A stretch of DNA of 63,879 bases, filler included, from Lama guanicoe (lineage: Eukaryota): NCBI GenBank assembly GCA_013239625.1. It is 186 parts of 186 records of this genome, joined end to end, with 100 filler letters (N's around TTAATTAATTAA, not from the genome) between each part and the next. Parts side by side here need not be neighbours in the genome. Positions count along the whole stretch, not along the records: positions 60,540 to 60,783 come from PNXV01047236.1; positions 60,884 to 61,127 come from PNXV01047237.1; positions 61,228 to 61,471 come from PNXV01047238.1; positions 61,572 to 61,815 come from PNXV01047239.1; positions 61,916 to 62,159 come from PNXV01047240.1; positions 62,260 to 62,503 come from PNXV01047241.1; positions 62,604 to 62,847 come from PNXV01047242.1; positions 62,948 to 63,191 come from PNXV01047243.1; 178 more parts are not named here. One strand, 5' to 3'. Positions 60,440 to 63,879 of this stretch are shown piece after piece (the stretch's first letter is position 1; every line of letters begins with the position of its first letter). The position numbers and the translations under genes were made by a program. The notes beneath the pieces are model-generated. The model was not told the origin of the DNA, ran no database searches, and saw nothing but the letters and a program-made list of their open reading frames with translations.

Positions 60440-60989
60440 NNNNNNNNNNNNNNNNNNNNNNNNNNNNNNNNNNNNNNNNNNNNTTAATTAATTAANNNNN
60501 NNNNNNNNNNNNNNNNNNNNNNNNNNNNNNNNNNNNNNNGCTTGATACGGTAGGTGGTCCCCCAGCAGGCTGTGGATCTAAATCAGAGCCTTTATAGTGA
60601 ACTGTCTGACTGGCTGCAGCAGTAAACATCACGTCAATGGGAGTGGCCCGGAAACCTACAGCAGACTAGCAGTACAGTAGGGAGACAAGAAAATCATTCT
60701 CCCACTGAAGCACACACGTTTAAAAAAATGTGCCCTTAACGTACAGAAATCAACTGGGTTTCTTTACACTAACAATGAATCAANNNNNNNNNNNNNNNNN
60801 NNNNNNNNNNNNNNNNNNNNNNNNNNNTTAATTAATTAANNNNNNNNNNNNNNNNNNNNNNNNNNNNNNNNNNNNNNNNNNNNGTATCCGTTTGTCTTTA
60901 GTCCTGTGTATTTTTCTGAATCCTCCTTGTCCATCTCTTCCATATTTACATTGTAGTCCAGTATATTGTACACTGTAGTCAAATGCACA

Positions 60990-61110
60990 CTTGCCCACTT
61001 TGTTGTGGCCCTTAGTGGCACCAGCACTTTCAGGATCCAATCCAGAGTTTTTATTATGGCTTTGGAGGCCCTGCAAGATCTTTATTCCCCTTCCAGTATA
61101 TATAATCTTT
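60990..61110 (+). mobile_element. L2 LINE fragment
   Basis: CCTTAGTGGCACCAGCACTTTCAGGATCCAATCCAGAGTTTTTATTATGGCTTTGGAGGCCCTGCAAGATC. Confidence 0.55.
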
Positions 61111-63302
61111 TCAGCTCAGCCCTTTTTNNNNNNNNNNNNNNNNNNNNNNNNNNNNNNNNNNNNNNNNNNNNTTAATTAATTAANNNNNNNNNNNNNNNNN
61201 NNNNNNNNNNNNNNNNNNNNNNNNNNNCCAGCAAGTAATTCCCAGAGAAACTTTCATAGACATGACCTAGGAGACAGATAACAAACATTGATAATATCAA
61301 AAATCTGGAAAGAATCCAAATGTGCACCCATGATGGATTAGATAAATAAACATTATATTTACTGATTTAGTATTCCTTAAATTGAATACACTATAGCTAA
61401 ACACATCAAAATTCATGTATTGCAGAATATAATATTGAATAACAGAAGCAAGTCACAGAAAAATACATTTANNNNNNNNNNNNNNNNNNNNNNNNNNNNN
61501 NNNNNNNNNNNNNNNTTAATTAATTAANNNNNNNNNNNNNNNNNNNNNNNNNNNNNNNNNNNNNNNNNNNNTGCGGAGACACAACCGACCATTCAAAGGG
61601 GCCAAAGTCAGAATCAGGCAATCAGCTCTGCTCTGCGGCCCAGGAGTCCGCGCGCACACGGTCTTTGGATGTCTCTCTCCCTCGGTCCATGGCGCTCCGA
61701 AGGTCAAATGCCTGCTGGGTGCACTGAGGTCTTTCTTTCTGCTCAGAGCATCCAGAAATGAGGCAAGAGGAGGGTCTCCATTTGGGGGTAAAAGAGAGGA
61801 AGGGAGATGGCACCCNNNNNNNNNNNNNNNNNNNNNNNNNNNNNNNNNNNNNNNNNNNNTTAATTAATTAANNNNNNNNNNNNNNNNNNNNNNNNNNNNN
61901 NNNNNNNNNNNNNNNTTAAACACACTGGGGCTTTGAGAGCTGGAGCCAGTCTGAGCAAGCTGATGCCTCAGAGATTTGTGCTGGTGGAGGTGAGCACGGT
62001 GGTTGTACCATGGAGATTTTCACATTGTCCATACAGCCGTTTCCTTTCCAAAAACCACGAGGAGGGTGATTTTTGCGACAGCGTCTGCTATGGTAGAGGG
62101 TGAGGAATCACAGTGGCTCTATGTTGACAGTTTTGGGGATCACAGTACAATCTTTGCTTNNNNNNNNNNNNNNNNNNNNNNNNNNNNNNNNNNNNNNNNN
62201 NNNTTAATTAATTAANNNNNNNNNNNNNNNNNNNNNNNNNNNNNNNNNNNNNNNNNNNNGCCAGGTGTGGGCGGCTCAGTCTCTAGAGCAGAAAATGTCC
62301 CGTAAAATATGGGCCCCACTCAGGCTAATTCTGAGTGGAGGGTCCCGGCCACAGTCCCAGATCCCACGTGCCTGGCAAACACCTGGGGTTACACACCTGA
62401 TGGGACACACGCCAGTGGGAGACTCACCTGCTAGGGTGCACGCCCAGTGGGGCACACGCCCGGGGGGGCACGAATCGGGTCTGTGCTCACGTCCAGCGCG
62501 GGCNNNNNNNNNNNNNNNNNNNNNNNNNNNNNNNNNNNNNNNNNNNNTTAATTAATTAANNNNNNNNNNNNNNNNNNNNNNNNNNNNNNNNNNNNNNNNN
62601 NNNGGTCAGCAAGGTTGCCCTCCCTCCATTTCATGGTGAGGAAACCAAGGCTCAGATGAGGTCACAGTAAGAAGGTAAGAGTATCTACATCTAAACCCCA
62701 AAGACTGACCCTAATCTCATGACCCTGGGGTCACCTGCCCTGCACCAGGAGAGGGTGCTGGCTGTGTGCCAACCGCTCACACCCAGGGGAGGGGGGCAGC
62801 TCCTGGCCCAGGTGAGCAGGGATGCAGCAGAGCTGTCCTGGCCTCAGNNNNNNNNNNNNNNNNNNNNNNNNNNNNNNNNNNNNNNNNNNNNTTAATTAAT
62901 TAANNNNNNNNNNNNNNNNNNNNNNNNNNNNNNNNNNNNNNNNNNNNGGTGAGCCCAGGGGAGGGATCTCTATGGCTTTACATGAGATTTGGTTTCCTTT
63001 GTTTTGGTCAATTAAAAAGAATACTGGTGCTTCCAGATTCCACTCTCCCCCTCTTTTCTTGTGGGCTGCTTGTATTTCAGACAGCTGTGAAGAATGTAAT
63101 GGGCACTTCGCTGAGGGGGCAATCTGGACTCCAGCAGGGTGGTATTTAACACTGGCACACAGCGGGCTTTCAGAAAGTGGCTGTCCTGAGGNNNNNNNNN
63201 NNNNNNNNNNNNNNNNNNNNNNNNNNNNNNNNNNNTTAATTAATTAANNNNNNNNNNNNNNNNNNNNNNNNNNNNNNNNNNNNNNNNNNNNTTTTCTCTT
63301 GG

Positions 63303-63535
63303 AATTTTTTAACTTGAGGTATAATTGACATATCACATTATATTAGTTTCAGGTACACAACAGAATGATTCAATATTTGTATACGTACATTGCAAAATAA
63401 TCACCAAAATAAGTCTTGTTAACTTGCTAGATACAAAATTGTCTTTCTTATGGTGAGAACTTTAAAAATCTACTCTCTTAGCAACTTTCAAATATACAAT
63501 GCAGTATTATTAGTGATGTACAGTCACCATGTTGT
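63303..63535 (-). mobile_element. L1MA-type 3' terminus
   Basis: TTGAGGTATAATTGACATA..ACATTATATTAGTTTCAGGTACACAAC...AAAATCTACTCTCTTAGCAACTTTCAAATATACAAT. Confidence 0.88.
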
Positions 63536-63840
63536 NNNNNNNNNNNNNNNNNNNNNNNNNNNNNNNNNNNNNNNNNNNNTTAATTAATTAANNNNNNNNN
63601 NNNNNNNNNNNNNNNNNNNNNNNNNNNNNNNNNNNAACTTGGTCCTTGGAAAATCAGATTCCCTGGAGCCGGCTAACAAATTGTCAGATGGGAGAGAATG
63701 GCTCTCACCTTCCCTAAAGGTTGGGATTTACATCAGCAAGAATCCGTTAGCCAAGATATCCCACAGAGAAACTGGTCCTGGCACGTCCTCATCTGCTCCA
63801 CTGGGCACCACTCAGGCTGCCCAGGATTTCGTTCTCTTAC

Positions 63841-63879
63841 CTGTAGGTGACCTGGATGCCTTCAGAGAGATGCAGGACT
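63841..63879 (-). other. Possible 3' end of an unidentified exon
   Basis: Strong donor CAG|GTAAGA on the minus strand; open frames VLHLSEGIQVTY or SCISLKASRSPT are not recognised. Confidence 0.25.

Larger units (their letters stand above)
245..63635. other. 185 artificial 100-bp contig spacers (N44-TTAATTAATTAA-N44) with ~344-bp period; assembly artefact
   Basis: First spacer: N 245-288, TTAATTAATTAA 289-300, N 301-344; the same pattern recurs to 63635. TAA occurs at offsets 2, 6 and 10 (all three frames) and the 12-mer is its own reverse complement. Confidence 0.99.

Noticed and set aside
61972..62117. RSS-like heptamers and nonamers (CACGGTG, CACATTG, CACAGTG, CCAAAAACC) suggesting a D segment
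   Set aside because: Spacer lengths (about 13 and 20) and orientations do not satisfy the 12/23 rule.
48..63247. Most ORF-track entries, including those ending X...LIN or X...N
   Set aside because: They reach the length threshold by reading through Ns into the linker, or are chance frames in GC-rich or repeat DNA with alternative starts; no recognisable protein.
245..63635. CRISPR-like array (constant palindromic repeat with equal-length unique spacers)
   Set aside because: The repeat is a 12-bp six-frame-stop linker embedded in N runs, the 'spacers' are mammalian genomic fragments, and there are no cas genes.

Overview
This window is not contiguous DNA. It is an artificial concatenation of 186 tiny unplaced contigs: 182 of 244 bp, three of 243 bp and one of 242 bp. 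They are joined by 185 identical 100-bp spacers (N44-TTAATTAATTAA-N44, a palindrome with stop codons in all six frames). Neighbouring contigs are generally unrelated loci, and most entries in the ORF track are spacer read-through or chance frames. The DNA is mammalian, most likely camelid, judging by a Vic-1-like tRNA-derived SINE and artiodactyl-type L1 3' ends. Recognisable gene fragments are the ZFX/ZFY zinc-finger exon (with a ZFY-like residue), a TRBC transmembrane exon end, an IGLV3-type leader exon, a GBP6-like exon, an SDK1 exon, three olfactory receptor pieces (OR4A-, OR5H-, OR2L-like) and a probable PCBP2 retrocopy 3' end. The rest is L1, L2, MIR, LTR and DNA-transposon fragments, satellites and anonymous sequence. 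All gene and repeat names come from recalled sequence similarity, not database searches. I found no evidence of a new multi-gene biological system; the CRISPR-like periodicity is man-made. The best biological leads are a ~250-bp tandem satellite reconstructed from three circularly permuted contigs, a 7-bp AGAATAY satellite, diverged paralogous contig pairs suggesting a collapsed segmental duplication, and the possible ZFY fragment.
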